NCBI RefSeq assembly: GCF_014280195.1
Contig: NZ_CP047960.1
Location: 840,001-872,000 of the forward strand
Length of the DNA stretch: 32,000 bases
DNA from: Synechococcus sp. A15-24
GTDB lineage: Bacteria; Cyanobacteriota; Cyanobacteriia; PCC-6307; Cyanobiaceae
Reading direction: 5' to 3'
A program made the translations under genes and the position numbers. Under the pieces are notes generated by a model that did no database searches, was not told where the DNA came from, and saw nothing but the letters and a program-made list of their open reading frames with translations. Below are positions 9,135 to 17,329 of this stretch, in pieces. Each line of letters opens with the position of its first letter. Positions within the stretch are counted from its first letter, which is position 1.

Positions 9135-9388
9135 TCGCCGCCGTTGTCCTTGCCGTGATCGTCAAGGTGGCAACTGCCCCGGCCGCGGCTGAAGAGAACA
9201 CCATCCGCCGCTTTTGCATGGCTGCCTTTGAAGCAGCCATGGCCAACGCTGGGTTGACCCCTCCTGAGGGGATGGGCACGTTCACCTGCGATTGTTTTCT
9301 CGAACAGGTGTCCCAAGGTGCGGATCTGAACGAGGCCCGTGAGACCTGTAAAACAGAGGCAGCCCGGCGGTTCCCGCTCGACTCCTGA
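9131..9388 (+). CDS. Small exported cysteine-containing protein of unknown function
   Basis: 85 aa. GTG 9131 overlaps the helicase TGA (GTGA). The N-terminus looks like a signal peptide (IAAVVLAVIVKVATAPAAA/EEN). The mature part has four Cys. Confidence 0.5.
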   Translation: MIAAVVLAVIVKVATAPAAAEENTIRRFCMAAFEAAMANAGLTPPEGMGTFTCDCFLEQVSQGADLNEARETCKTEAARRFPLDS

Positions 9389-9577
9389 TCAGCAGACGCT
9401 CACATCGGGCATCAGCATCTCCAGATCCATTGGTGTTCGCTCCATCAGGGCAATGAGCTCCATTTGAACCTCAGGGAGGCTACTGGTCATAAGCGTTGTG
9501 AGCAGAGCGCAGCGATCGGTTGAACAGAGCTCACCGTCGTCCGTCCAGTGCAGTGCTTGCAGATGCAGTCCATCCAT
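9389..9577 (-). CDS. Small acidic, Met-rich cytoplasmic protein of unknown function
   Basis: 62 aa, ATG 9577. AAGGAGG (minus strand, 9581-9587) ends 3 nt before the ATG. Codon pattern looks plausible. No signal peptide. Confidence 0.45.
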   Translation of the reverse strand: MDGLHLQALHWTDDGELCSTDRCALLTTLMTSSLPEVQMELIALMERTPMDLEMLMPDVSVC

Positions 9578-9580
9578 ACC

Positions 9581-9587
9581 CCTCCTT
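9581..9587 (-). promoter_or_regulatory. Shine-Dalgarno sequence AAGGAGG for ORF 9389-9577
   Basis: The plus strand reads cctcctt, so the minus strand reads caaaAGGAGGggtATG. Confidence 0.45.
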
Positions 9588-9774
9588 TTGTTGTGATCTC
9601 ATGACAATGGGCTGCCCCGGCTGTCCGTCGTGAACTCTTTCGATTTCCTTCCGCTTCCTGTGTTGTTTCGTGCGACTCCCCTGTAACGTCATCACGTTCA
9701 GGCTTGACCCCCGGCTTTCTCCGAGCTTCGGAACCGGTTCATGCACCCGAGCACATCCAACGGTTCCACGCTCC

Positions 9775-10065
9775 ATGACCATCTACATCGGCAATCTCTC
9801 GTTCCAGGCGGAGCAGGAGCATCTGTTCGATCTCTTCAGTGAATACGGCGAAGTCAAGAACTGCAGCCTGCCCCTGGATCGAGAGACCGGACGCAAGCGC
9901 GGCTTCGCGTTTGTCGAGATGGTCAACGACGAAGACGAACAGAAAGCCATCGACGACCTTCAGGAGGTTGAGTGGATGGGCCGCATGATCCGCGTCAGCA
10001 AGGCCACGCCTCGTGAGCGTTCAGGCGGACCGCGCGGTGGTGGTGGCGGCGGTTATCGCGGCTGA
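9775..10065 (+). CDS. Glycine-rich RNA-binding protein with a single RRM (cyanobacterial Rbp type)
   Basis: 96 aa from ATG 9775. RNP-2 is IYIGNL, RNP-1 is RGFAFVEM, and the C-terminal tail is GGPRGGGGGGYRG. The track start at 9670 adds a non-RRM leader, so I did not use it. Confidence 0.9.
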   Translation: MTIYIGNLSFQAEQEHLFDLFSEYGEVKNCSLPLDRETGRKRGFAFVEMVNDEDEQKAIDDLQEVEWMGRMIRVSKATPRERSGGPRGGGGGGYRG

Positions 10066-10113
10066 GCGAACTTCAGAGCAGCGTTCCGACACGCTCAAGA
10101 TCGATCTCCGGCA

Positions 10114-10157
10114 GGGGTCAGCGATGTGTGCTGATCCCTGTTGTTTTGTTTGTTGTG
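10114..10157 (+). terminator. Rho-independent terminator of the rbp gene
   Basis: The 9-bp stem pairs ggggtcagc (10114-10122) with gctgatccc (10130-10138) and includes one G-U pair. The loop is 7 nt. The T-rich tail tgttgttttgtttgttg follows immediately. Confidence 0.6.
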
Positions 10158-10191
10158 GTCCCGTTGTCAGGCCTTCAGGAGCTTCAGAACC

Positions 10192-11988
10192 ATGACGGAT
10201 CGAACCATCTTCACAAGGTCTTTCCCCCTGGTTCGGTTGCTGCGTCATCTGGCGCCCCAGCGCCGTCTTGTGATCACGGCGGTGATCTGTTCGCTGCTCA
10301 ACAAGCTCTTTGACCTCGCTCCTCCGGCCTTGATCGGCTTGGCTGTGGATGTGGTGGTGCGTGGTCAGCAGTCCCTGCTGGCGAGATTCGGTATCCAGAG
10401 CGTCTCCCAACAGCTGTGGGTGCTGGCGCTGCTCACCTTTGTGATCTGGGCGGCGGAGTCCCTGTTCGAGTACTTGTACGACGTTCTCTGGCGCAACCTG
10501 GCCCAGACGACGCAACATCGCCTGCGGCTGGAGGCCTACGACCACCTCCAACAGCTGGAGTTGGCTTTTTTCGAGCAGGACAGCAGCGGCCGTCTGATGG
10601 CGGTGCTGAACGATGACATCAATCAGATGGAACGCTTTCTCGATCGCGGTGCCAACCAGATCCTGCAACTGATCACCACGGTGCTGGTCGTGGGCATCGG
10701 CATGGCCGTGGTGGCTCCTGAGGTGGCCCTGTTCGCCTATCTGCCGATCCCCGTCATCCTGCTGGGGTCGCTGCGGTTTCAACGGCAACTGGCCCCCCGT
10801 TATCGCGAGGTGCGAGCCCGCGCCGGTGATCTCGCCTCACGCCTGGCCAACAACCTCGGCGGCATGCTCACGATCAAGAGCTTCACCGCCGAGCCGCTGG
10901 AATTGCAACGGCTTGAAGCGGAAAGCCTTGCCTACCTGGAGAGCAACGGTCGGGCGATCCGCCTGTCGGCGGCCTTCATCCCACTGATCCGTTTTGCCAT
11001 CCTCTTCGCCTTCGTGGCCATCCTGCTGGTGGGTGGTTTCCAGGCTCTAAATGGTCAGTTGGCTGTGGGCACCTACAGCGTTCTGGTGTTCATCACCCAG
11101 CGGCTGCTCTGGCCGCTCACGGCCCTCGGCCGCACGCTTGATGAGTACCAGCGGTCCATGGCCTCCACCCAGCGGGTGTTGGATCTGATCGACACCCCGG
11201 TCACGATCCGCAGCGGCCAAACCCCGCTGGACCGACGGCTGGTGCGTGGGGAGATTCGCTTTGAGCAGGTGGATTTCGCCTACCCGGGGCGGGCTTCTCT
11301 GTTGCAGGGCTTCGATCTGATGGTGCCGTCCGGGGCAACGGTTGGCATCGTTGGGTCCACTGGCTCCGGCAAGAGCACGGTGGTGAAACTCCTGCTGCGC
11401 CTCTATGAGCGTCAGGGGGGGCGAATCCTTCTGGACGGTCGTCCGATCGAACAGCTGCAGCTTCGGGATCTGCGGGGTGCGATCGCGCTGGTGAGTCAGG
11501 ACGTCTACCTCTTTCACGGCAAGGTGGCTGAGAACATCGCCTATGGCGTTGCCAACCCTGATCCTTTGGCCATCGAGCAGGCTGCCCGTCTGGCGGAGGC
11601 CGCTGGTTTCATCGAAGCGCTGCCGGATCGCTACGACACCCTTGTTGGCGAGCGTGGCCAACGCCTCTCCGGTGGCCAGCGTCAGCGCATCGCTCTGGCC
11701 CGGGCGATCCTCAAGGACGCCCCGGTGCTGGTGCTGGATGAGGCCACGGCCGCCGTCGACAACGACACCGAAGCGGCGATTCAACGCTCACTGGACCAGA
11801 TCACCCGAAACCGCACCACCGTGGTGATCGCCCATCGGCTGAGCACGGTGCGCCACGCCGATCGGATTGTGGTGATGGAGCAGGGACGGATTGTGGAACA
11901 GGGTCGCCATGACGAGCTGCTGGCCCACGGGGGTGTTTACGCCAATCTCTGGCAGGTGCAAGCCGGCGAACGGCTTATCGCTTCCTGA
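10192..11988 (+). CDS. ABC exporter with fused permease and ATPase (MsbA / multidrug-type half transporter)
   Basis: 598 aa from ATG 10192. The N-terminal half is a hydrophobic six-TM-type domain. Motifs: Walker [10 protein letters not shown], signature LSGGQRQR, Walker B VLVLDEAT. Confidence 0.9.
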   Translation: MTDRTIFTRSFPLVRLLRHLAPQRRLVITAVICSLLNKLFDLAPPALIGLAVDVVVRGQQSLLARFGIQSVSQQLWVLALLTFVIWAAESLFEYLYDVLWRNLAQTTQHRLRLEAYDHLQQLELAFFEQDSSGRLMAVLNDDINQMERFLDRGANQILQLITTVLVVGIGMAVVAPEVALFAYLPIPVILLGSLRFQRQLAPRYREVRARAGDLASRLANNLGGMLTIKSFTAEPLELQRLEAESLAYLESNGRAIRLSAAFIPLIRFAILFAFVAILLVGGFQALNGQLAVGTYSVLVFITQRLLWPLTALGRTLDEYQRSMASTQRVLDLIDTPVTIRSGQTPLDRRLVRGEIRFEQVDFAYPGRASLLQGFDLMVPSGATVGIVGSTGSGKSTVVKLLLRLYERQGGRILLDGRPIEQLQLRDLRGAIALVSQDVYLFHGKVAENIAYGVANPDPLAIEQAARLAEAAGFIEALPDRYDTLVGERGQRLSGGQRQRIALARAILKDAPVLVLDEATAAVDNDTEAAIQRSLDQITRNRTTVVIAHRLSTVRHADRIVVMEQGRIVEQGRHDELLAHGGVYANLWQVQAGERLIAS

Positions 11989-12020
11989 AGCAGGTGTTGT
12001 AGGAGGCGCATCGGCTGACC

Positions 12021-14150
12021 ATGCTGGGGTCGCCAATCGGCCCGACTGTCATGGCCATGCAGGCCTCCATCGGCCAGGTGATGCATCACCCCCTCGGCGT
12101 GTTTTCGCTGCTGGTGGCGATCAGTGCGGCGGTGCCGCCCCTCATCCGCCGGATCGGTTTGCCCGACCTGGTGGGGCTGCTGGTTGCCGGCGTTGTGGTG
12201 GGACCGCACGCCCTCAACTGGGTGGACAGCGGCAGTGAAACGGTGCGGTTGCTCTCCGATCTGGGGGCGGTGTACCTGCTGTTCACCATGGGGCTGGAAA
12301 TTGATCTGGAGGAGTTCAACCGGGTCAAACGCCGCTCCTTCATCTATGGCCTGCTGATTCTTCTGATCGGTGTCGGCACCGGCGTCAGCATCGGCCTGTT
12401 GGCTGGGTTCGCCTCCGTCTCCTGCCTGTTGCTGGGGGCCTTGATGGCCACCCACACGCCGCTGGGCTATCCGATCGTGCGCAGTTATGGCGCTCAGAAG
12501 GATGAATCGGTGGTGGTGAGTGTCGGCAGCACGATCTTCACCGACATCGTGGCGCTGCTGCTGCTGGCGGTGGGCCTGGGCCTCGGCCAAGGGGATCTCA
12601 GCGGTATGGGCCTGGGCCTGCTGCTGCTGAGGATCGGCCTGTTCGCTGTGCTGGTGGTGGTGGGTATCCGCTGGCTGGGGCGACGGCTGGTGCTGCGGGG
12701 CATCAATGACGAGAACCGCATGGTGCTGGCGGTGCTGGTGGCGCTGTTTCTGGCGTCCCTCGGGGCCGAGTTGGCGGGGGTGGAAAAAATTGTCGGTGCC
12801 TTCCTGGCCGGCCTGGCCGTGAATTCGGTCCTGCCGGAGGGGCGGGTGAAGGAGCAGGTGATCTTTGTGGGTGGTGTGCTGTTCATCCCGATCTTCTTCA
12901 TCGATCTGGGTCTGCTGCTTGATGTGGGCAGCCTCGGGGCCAGCCTCAGCAATTACCAGTTCACCGGCCTGATGCTGGTGGGGGCCATCGGCGGCAAGGG
13001 TCTGGCCTCCTGGATCAGCGGCGCACTGTTCGGCTACCGCCGCCCGCAGATCCTGATGATGTGGTCACTGACCATGCCCAAGGTGGCAGCGACCCTGGCC
13101 ACAGCCTTCATCGGCTTCCAGGCGGGGCTGCTCAATCAGACGGTGCTCAACGCTGTGCTGGCGGTGATGGTGGTGACGGCCACCCTCGGGCCGATCCTGA
13201 CGGAGCGTTCGGTCACCCGTCTGAACGAGGCGCGTCAGGGCACGCTTCCCGCCAGCTTCGGGGAGGAGGTTTCCGCGTTGGAGGGGGTCAGCGAAGTGGT
13301 GCAACGGCCACTAAGGATCGTGGTGCCCGTGGCGAATCCCAGCAATGAGCAGGGGCTGATCACCATGGCCTCAAGATTGCTGCGGGGCTCGGCCGGTGGC
13401 GACGGTCTGTTGCTGCCCCTGGCGATGGTGAACCCAAGTTTGGAGGAGGTGCGCGGCGGTCTTAACCGTGCGGTGGCGGCGGCCCGCTCACGGTTGAGGG
13501 TGGCGGAGTCGATCGGAGCCGACCTGCAGGTGCCCACCCGCACGCTGTTGCGGCTGGATGAGGACGTGGCCGGTGGCATGAGCCGCACGGCGCTGGAACA
13601 GGCAGCGGATCTGCTGCTGATCGGTGCCGGCCGCCAGGACCAGCTGCGGGCCTGGTTGATGGGCGACATTGTTGATGGCGTGTGTAGAACGGCCCACTGC
13701 CCTGTGGTGGTGGTGAACCTTGGCCGTCAAGCCGATGCGGCGATGCATCGCATCCTGGTGCCGATCAAGGATCTCTCCGCCAGTGCCCGTGAACAGGTGG
13801 AATTGGCCTTGCGGGTGATCAACAGTGCGCCGGAGAACCAACGCACCCGGATCACGCTGCTGCACGTGCATGATCCCCGCTTCAGCGGATCGGATCGGTT
13901 GTGGATGGAGGAACAGTTGATTCGTTGGCGGCCGGCCGGGATCCCTGCTGATCGCTTCCATATCGTGATTGTGCGGGGGCCGGGTATCGATGGGTCCATT
14001 CATCGCCTCAGCCGCGACCACGATCTGGTGATCCTTCGCACCCAACGCCGGCGTGTCGCCGGACTGCCGATTCCCGGCAGCGATCGCACCAGCAAGTTGA
14101 TCAGTCAGTTGCCCTGCGCGTCGATGGTGATCAGCGATCCGCTGGTCTGA
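12021..14150 (+). CDS. CPA2-family cation/proton antiporter fused to two C-terminal USP-like domains
   Basis: The N-terminal ~400 aa is polytopic with the Na+/H+-exchanger pattern LLVAGVVVGPHALNWV...LLFTMGLEIDLEEF. The C-terminus has two modules, RIVVPVANPSNEQ...LLLIGA...CPVVVV and RILVPIKDLSASAREQ...HDLVILRT. The start is uncertain, with several Met codons between 12021 and 12080. Confidence 0.85.
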   Translation: MLGSPIGPTVMAMQASIGQVMHHPLGVFSLLVAISAAVPPLIRRIGLPDLVGLLVAGVVVGPHALNWVDSGSETVRLLSDLGAVYLLFTMGLEIDLEEFNRVKRRSFIYGLLILLIGVGTGVSIGLLAGFASVSCLLLGALMATHTPLGYPIVRSYGAQKDESVVVSVGSTIFTDIVALLLLAVGLGLGQGDLSGMGLGLLLLRIGLFAVLVVVGIRWLGRRLVLRGINDENRMVLAVLVALFLASLGAELAGVEKIVGAFLAGLAVNSVLPEGRVKEQVIFVGGVLFIPIFFIDLGLLLDVGSLGASLSNYQFTGLMLVGAIGGKGLASWISGALFGYRRPQILMMWSLTMPKVAATLATAFIGFQAGLLNQTVLNAVLAVMVVTATLGPILTERSVTRLNEARQGTLPASFGEEVSALEGVSEVVQRPLRIVVPVANPSNEQGLITMASRLLRGSAGGDGLLLPLAMVNPSLEEVRGGLNRAVAAARSRLRVAESIGADLQVPTRTLLRLDEDVAGGMSRTALEQAADLLLIGAGRQDQLRAWLMGDIVDGVCRTAHCPVVVVNLGRQADAAMHRILVPIKDLSASAREQVELALRVINSAPENQRTRITLLHVHDPRFSGSDRLWMEEQLIRWRPAGIPADRFHIVIVRGPGIDGSIHRLSRDHDLVILRTQRRRVAGLPIPGSDRTSKLISQLPCASMVISDPLV

Positions 14151-14158
14151 TCTGTCGC

Positions 14159-14179
14159 GTTGGAGGGGAACCCCCCAAC
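14159..14179. terminator. Short GC hairpin just after the antiporter stop
   Basis: In gttggaggggaaccccccaac, a 5-bp segment and a 3-bp segment pair around one bulged A, with loop gaac. There is no T tract, so terminator function is doubtful. Confidence 0.25.
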
Positions 14180-14224
14180 GGTAGTGCGGTTAAGAACGCA
14201 TCAAGACGGGATTAGCGTGACGGT

Positions 14225-15031
14225 ATGGCCGCGCTGTTCTCCAATTTGCGCCATCGCCCGCTTTGGCAGGTGTGCGGCTTGGGCCTGGCCGTTGGATTGC
14301 TGGTGTCGGTTCCGTTGGCTCGGCGTCATCCCCTGGCCGGTTGGTGGGGCCTTGGCATCGGCGACGTGGTGGTGCTGGGGCAGGACGCTGGTGGCAGCAA
14401 CACCGACACGATCTTCACGTTGAAGGTGAAGCCCGGCAGCACGCGCATCACACAGATTCCCCGCGATAGCTACATCAACCCTGATGGATTCGGGGCGATG
14501 AAGATCAATGGATTGCTGAGGCGCGGTGGACCAGAGGCGGTGGAGCGGGAGCTGACGCGGCTGATGAACCGGCCGGTGCGTCATCACGTGGTGGTGTCGC
14601 TTCAGACGTTGCCGTTGCTGGCCAATCTGGTGGGCGGCATTGAAGTCGACGTGCCCAAACGGCTGTACTACGTGGATCGCAGCCAGGATCTGGTGATTGA
14701 CCTGCAGCCTGGGCGTCAGGTGTTGAGCAGCAAGGCGTTGGAGGGATTTCTACGTTGGCGTAACGACGGATATGGCGATTTCGGACGTCTGGAACGACAG
14801 CAACTGGGGTTGAAGGGTTTGGCAAATCGTTTGCGGCAGCCGCAGAATCTTTTGAAGCTGCCGCTGTTGCTGGGCGTCGTGCGCACGCAGGTGCAAACCG
14901 ATCTCAACCCGGTTCAGATGGCTGGTCTTGCCGCGGGATTAATCAGCACTGATCTCGATGCGCATCGGTTGGAAGCGCGACCCTTCAGCCGCGGTGGCAT
15001 CAGTTACCTTGAAACCACCTGGCCGAATTGA
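14225..15031 (+). CDS. LytR-CpsA-Psr (LCP) family envelope protein with an N-terminal membrane anchor
   Basis: 268 aa. A TM segment (LWQVCGLGLAVGLLVSV) is followed by TDTIFTLKV...ITQIPRDSYI...MKINGLL...LVGGIEVDVP...LEGFLRWRNDGYGDFGRLERQQ. Confidence 0.8.
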   Translation: MAALFSNLRHRPLWQVCGLGLAVGLLVSVPLARRHPLAGWWGLGIGDVVVLGQDAGGSNTDTIFTLKVKPGSTRITQIPRDSYINPDGFGAMKINGLLRRGGPEAVERELTRLMNRPVRHHVVVSLQTLPLLANLVGGIEVDVPKRLYYVDRSQDLVIDLQPGRQVLSSKALEGFLRWRNDGYGDFGRLERQQLGLKGLANRLRQPQNLLKLPLLLGVVRTQVQTDLNPVQMAGLAAGLISTDLDAHRLEARPFSRGGISYLETTWPN

Positions 15032-15631
15032 TCAAACCAACAGGTTGAGCGAGCGCACCACCCGGCCGCAGAGGTCATTCACCTTCTCCCAGCGGTCTTC
15101 GTTGACGCTGGTGGCTAGGGTGTAGAGGCGCCCCCGGTCAACCACCACCGTCGCCAGTTCGTGGCGGTCGCGGTCTTCCAGGTGCACTGCATATTCAAGG
15201 TCGTAGAAGGTGTGACCATTCACCTCACGCTCCTGGGCTTCCACCAGCTCGGCGGTGCGTCCGCTGCCGGCGGTGGCGATCACCTCACGACGTAGCCGCT
15301 CTCCCACCGCAACAGCGCTGCCAAGTTCGCTGAGGTCGTTGTTCTCATCCACCTTGTTCACCATCAGACTCACGGTCTCATCGCTGTGGATCAGGTCGTG
15401 AAACACCACCCGCGGCCCATTGCTCACCTGCACCTGGGTCCAACCGGTGGGATAGAGGAAGGCGAAGCGGCCATCGGGGCTCTGATACGACTGCAGCCCT
15501 GCGGTTGGTCCAGCCGCACAGGCTCCCAGGGCCATCGCCAGGACCCCGCAGACGAGCAGGCGGGAGAGGGAGCGGAGCAGCTGCATCAAAACCGGAGCAG
15601 ATCGATGCATTCTGCCTAGAGTCCGGGCCAT
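15032..15631 (-). CDS. psbP: CyanoP (PsbP-like photosystem II lipoprotein)
   Basis: Lipobox-like LAMALGAC is followed by [19 protein letters not shown]...ETVSLMV...GHTFYDLEY...RLYTLATSV. Start options are GTG 15658, ATG 15631 and ATG 15610. I chose ATG 15631. Confidence 0.85.
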   Translation of the reverse strand: MARTLGRMHRSAPVLMQLLRSLSRLLVCGVLAMALGACAAGPTAGLQSYQSPDGRFAFLYPTGWTQVQVSNGPRVVFHDLIHSDETVSLMVNKVDENNDLSELGSAVAVGERLRREVIATAGSGRTAELVEAQEREVNGHTFYDLEYAVHLEDRDRHELATVVVDRGRLYTLATSVNEDRWEKVNDLCGRVVRSLNLLV

Positions 15632-15665
15632 AGGCGGCAGACCCCTGAGCGGCTTCACAAGACCG

Positions 15666-16244
15666 TTGGCCCGGCTGATCGATCAGTTCGAGCGGTTGCC
15701 AGGGATTGGCCCGCGCACGGCGCAACGGCTTGCCTTGCATTTGCTGAACCAGCCTGAGGAGCAGATCCGCCAGTTTGCTGATTCCCTGCTGGAGGCCCGC
15801 ACCCAGGTGGGGCAATGCAAGACCTGCTTTCATCTGTCGGCCGATCCGGAATGCGAGATCTGCCGCAACCTGGAGCGCCGCAACGGTTTGATCTGTGTGG
15901 TGGCCGATTCCCGAGACCTGCTGGCCCTAGAGCGCACCCGTGAATTCCAAGGCAGATATCACGTTCTTGGTGGCTTGATCTCGCCGATGGATGGCATCGG
16001 CCCGGAGCTGCTCAATGTGACCCCGCTGGTGGCAAGGATTAACCAGGAAGACATCACGGAGGTGATCTTGGCGCTGACCCCCAGCGTGGAGGGGGACACC
16101 ACCAGTCTTTACCTGGCTCGCTTGCTCAAGCCGTTTTGTTCCGTGAGCCGTATCGCCTACGGCCTGCCGATGGGCAGTGAGCTGGAGTATGCCGACGAGG
16201 TCACCCTGAGCAGGGCACTGGAAGGCCGGCGCCCGGTGGAATGA
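15666..16244 (+). CDS. recR: Recombination protein RecR
   Basis: [24 protein letters not shown] is the helix-hairpin-helix. The zinc finger is [16 protein letters not shown], followed by a Toprim region ([14 protein letters not shown]). TTG 15666 is the first canonical start in the frame, which stays open upstream. Confidence 0.9.
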   Translation: MARLIDQFERLPGIGPRTAQRLALHLLNQPEEQIRQFADSLLEARTQVGQCKTCFHLSADPECEICRNLERRNGLICVVADSRDLLALERTREFQGRYHVLGGLISPMDGIGPELLNVTPLVARINQEDITEVILALTPSVEGDTTSLYLARLLKPFCSVSRIAYGLPMGSELEYADEVTLSRALEGRRPVE

Positions 16245-16266
16245 CCTTTTAAGCTGTATCACCCGT

Positions 16267-16284
16267 CACTTTCTGTAGAAAGTG
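16267..16284. other. Near-perfect palindrome 23 nt after the recR stop
   Basis: cactttct gt agaaagtg has 8-nt arms that are exact reverse complements. It could be a small hairpin or a protein-binding site. Confidence 0.25.
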
Positions 16285-16416
16285 CGGCGTTGCAGGCAAC
16301 ATCGTCAGGATTCCGTGATGTTTGAATCGCCGGCGACATCGCTCCGGGCGGGTGCACCCTCCCAGGTTGCCGGCACCACCACCCCCAGCTGACGTCCGTC
16401 CCGCCAGAATTATGTG

Positions 16417-16423
16417 AAGGAGG
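16417..16423 (+). promoter_or_regulatory. Shine-Dalgarno sequence AAGGAGG for lipA
   Basis: The sequence reads gAAGGAGGtgtggcATG, a 6-nt spacing to ATG 16430. Confidence 0.55.
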
Positions 16424-16429
16424 TGTGGC

Positions 16430-17329
16430 ATGAGCAAATACAGCACCATTGCCCCGACGGAACGACTGCCTGAATGGCTGCGGCGACCGATCGGCGATGC
16501 ATCAGCTCTCGAGCGGGTGCAGGGAGTGGTCAAGCAGAACCGCTTACACACCATCTGCGAAGAGGGGCGCTGCCCCAACCGTGGTGAGTGTTACGCAGCT
16601 GGTACTGCCACGTTTTTGCTGGGTGGTTCCATCTGCACCCGCAGCTGTGCCTTCTGCCAAGTGGAGAAGGGCCAGGCACCCATGGCGGTGGATCCTGCTG
16701 AAGCGCAACGGGTGGCTGATGCGGTGGAGGCGATGCAGCTGCGTTATGTGGTGCTGACGGCCGTCGCCCGTGATGACCTGGCTGATCACGGTGCAGCCCT
16801 GTTCACCACAACGATGGAGGCGATCCGCGCCCGCAATCCGCTGATTGCCATCGAGGTGCTGACGCCGGATTTCTGGGGCGGCCATCCCGACCCACAACAG
16901 GCTGTTGCCGCGCAGCGTGAGCGGTTGGCCACCGTGCTCGCGGCTGAACCCGTGTGCTTCAACCACAACCTGGAAACCGTCCAACGCCTGCAAGGTGAGG
17001 TGCGGCGCGGTGCCACCTACAAACGATCCCTCGGGCTGCTGGCGGCGTGCCGGGGGCTGGCTCCAGCGATTCCCACCAAATCAGGGTTGATGCTGGGCCT
17101 TGGGGAAAGCCGTGAAGAGGTGATTGCTGCGATGCGGGATCTGCGGGACGTGGATTGTCAGCGCCTCACCCTCGGCCAGTACCTGCGTCCGTCCTTGGCT
17201 CACCTTCCAGTGGATCGCTACTGGACGCCGGAGGAGTTTGATGAGCTCGGTGCCGTGGCCCGCGATCTCGGGTTTGCCCAGGTGCGCAGTGGTCCGCTGG
17301 TGCGCAGCAGCTATCACGCTGCCGACTGA
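16430..17329 (+). CDS. lipA: Lipoyl synthase
   Basis: 299 aa. The N-terminal cluster is [12 protein letters not shown] and the radical-SAM motif is CTRSCAFC. The rest matches the LipA pattern (MLGLGE...[10 protein letters not shown]). Confidence 0.95.
   Translation: MSKYSTIAPTERLPEWLRRPIGDASALERVQGVVKQNRLHTICEEGRCPNRGECYAAGTATFLLGGSICTRSCAFCQVEKGQAPMAVDPAEAQRVADAVEAMQLRYVVLTAVARDDLADHGAALFTTTMEAIRARNPLIAIEVLTPDFWGGHPDPQQAVAAQRERLATVLAAEPVCFNHNLETVQRLQGEVRRGATYKRSLGLLAACRGLAPAIPTKSGLMLGLGESREEVIAAMRDLRDVDCQRLTLGQYLRPSLAHLPVDRYWTPEEFDELGAVARDLGFAQVRSGPLVRSSYHAAD

Noticed and set aside
9389-9577. The 62-aa ORF as a prochlorosin or lanthipeptide (Nif11/NHLP-leader) precursor
   Set aside because: There is no Nif11-like leader pattern, no GG/GA cleavage motif and no Cys/Ser/Thr-rich core. 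No LanM-type enzyme is present in the window.
10021-11784. Minus-strand ORFs 10021-10788 (255 aa) and 11047-11784 (245 aa)
   Set aside because: They are antisense to the ABC exporter and the rbp terminator region. The translations are His/Gln/Arg-rich and contain no motifs.
14081-14224. Possible c-di-AMP (ydaO-type) riboswitch upstream of the LCP gene, suggested by GGGGAACCCC and ACGGG elements
   Set aside because: The non-coding space is only 74 nt, too short for that riboswitch class, and I could not match the conserved core from memory. A covariance-model scan would be needed to revive the idea.
16249-16578. 109-aa minus-strand ORF covering the recR-lipA spacer and the lipA 5' end
   Set aside because: It overlaps the lipA start and its SD, and its sequence is Arg/Gly-rich with no features. 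The spacer is more simply read as the lipA promoter and leader.
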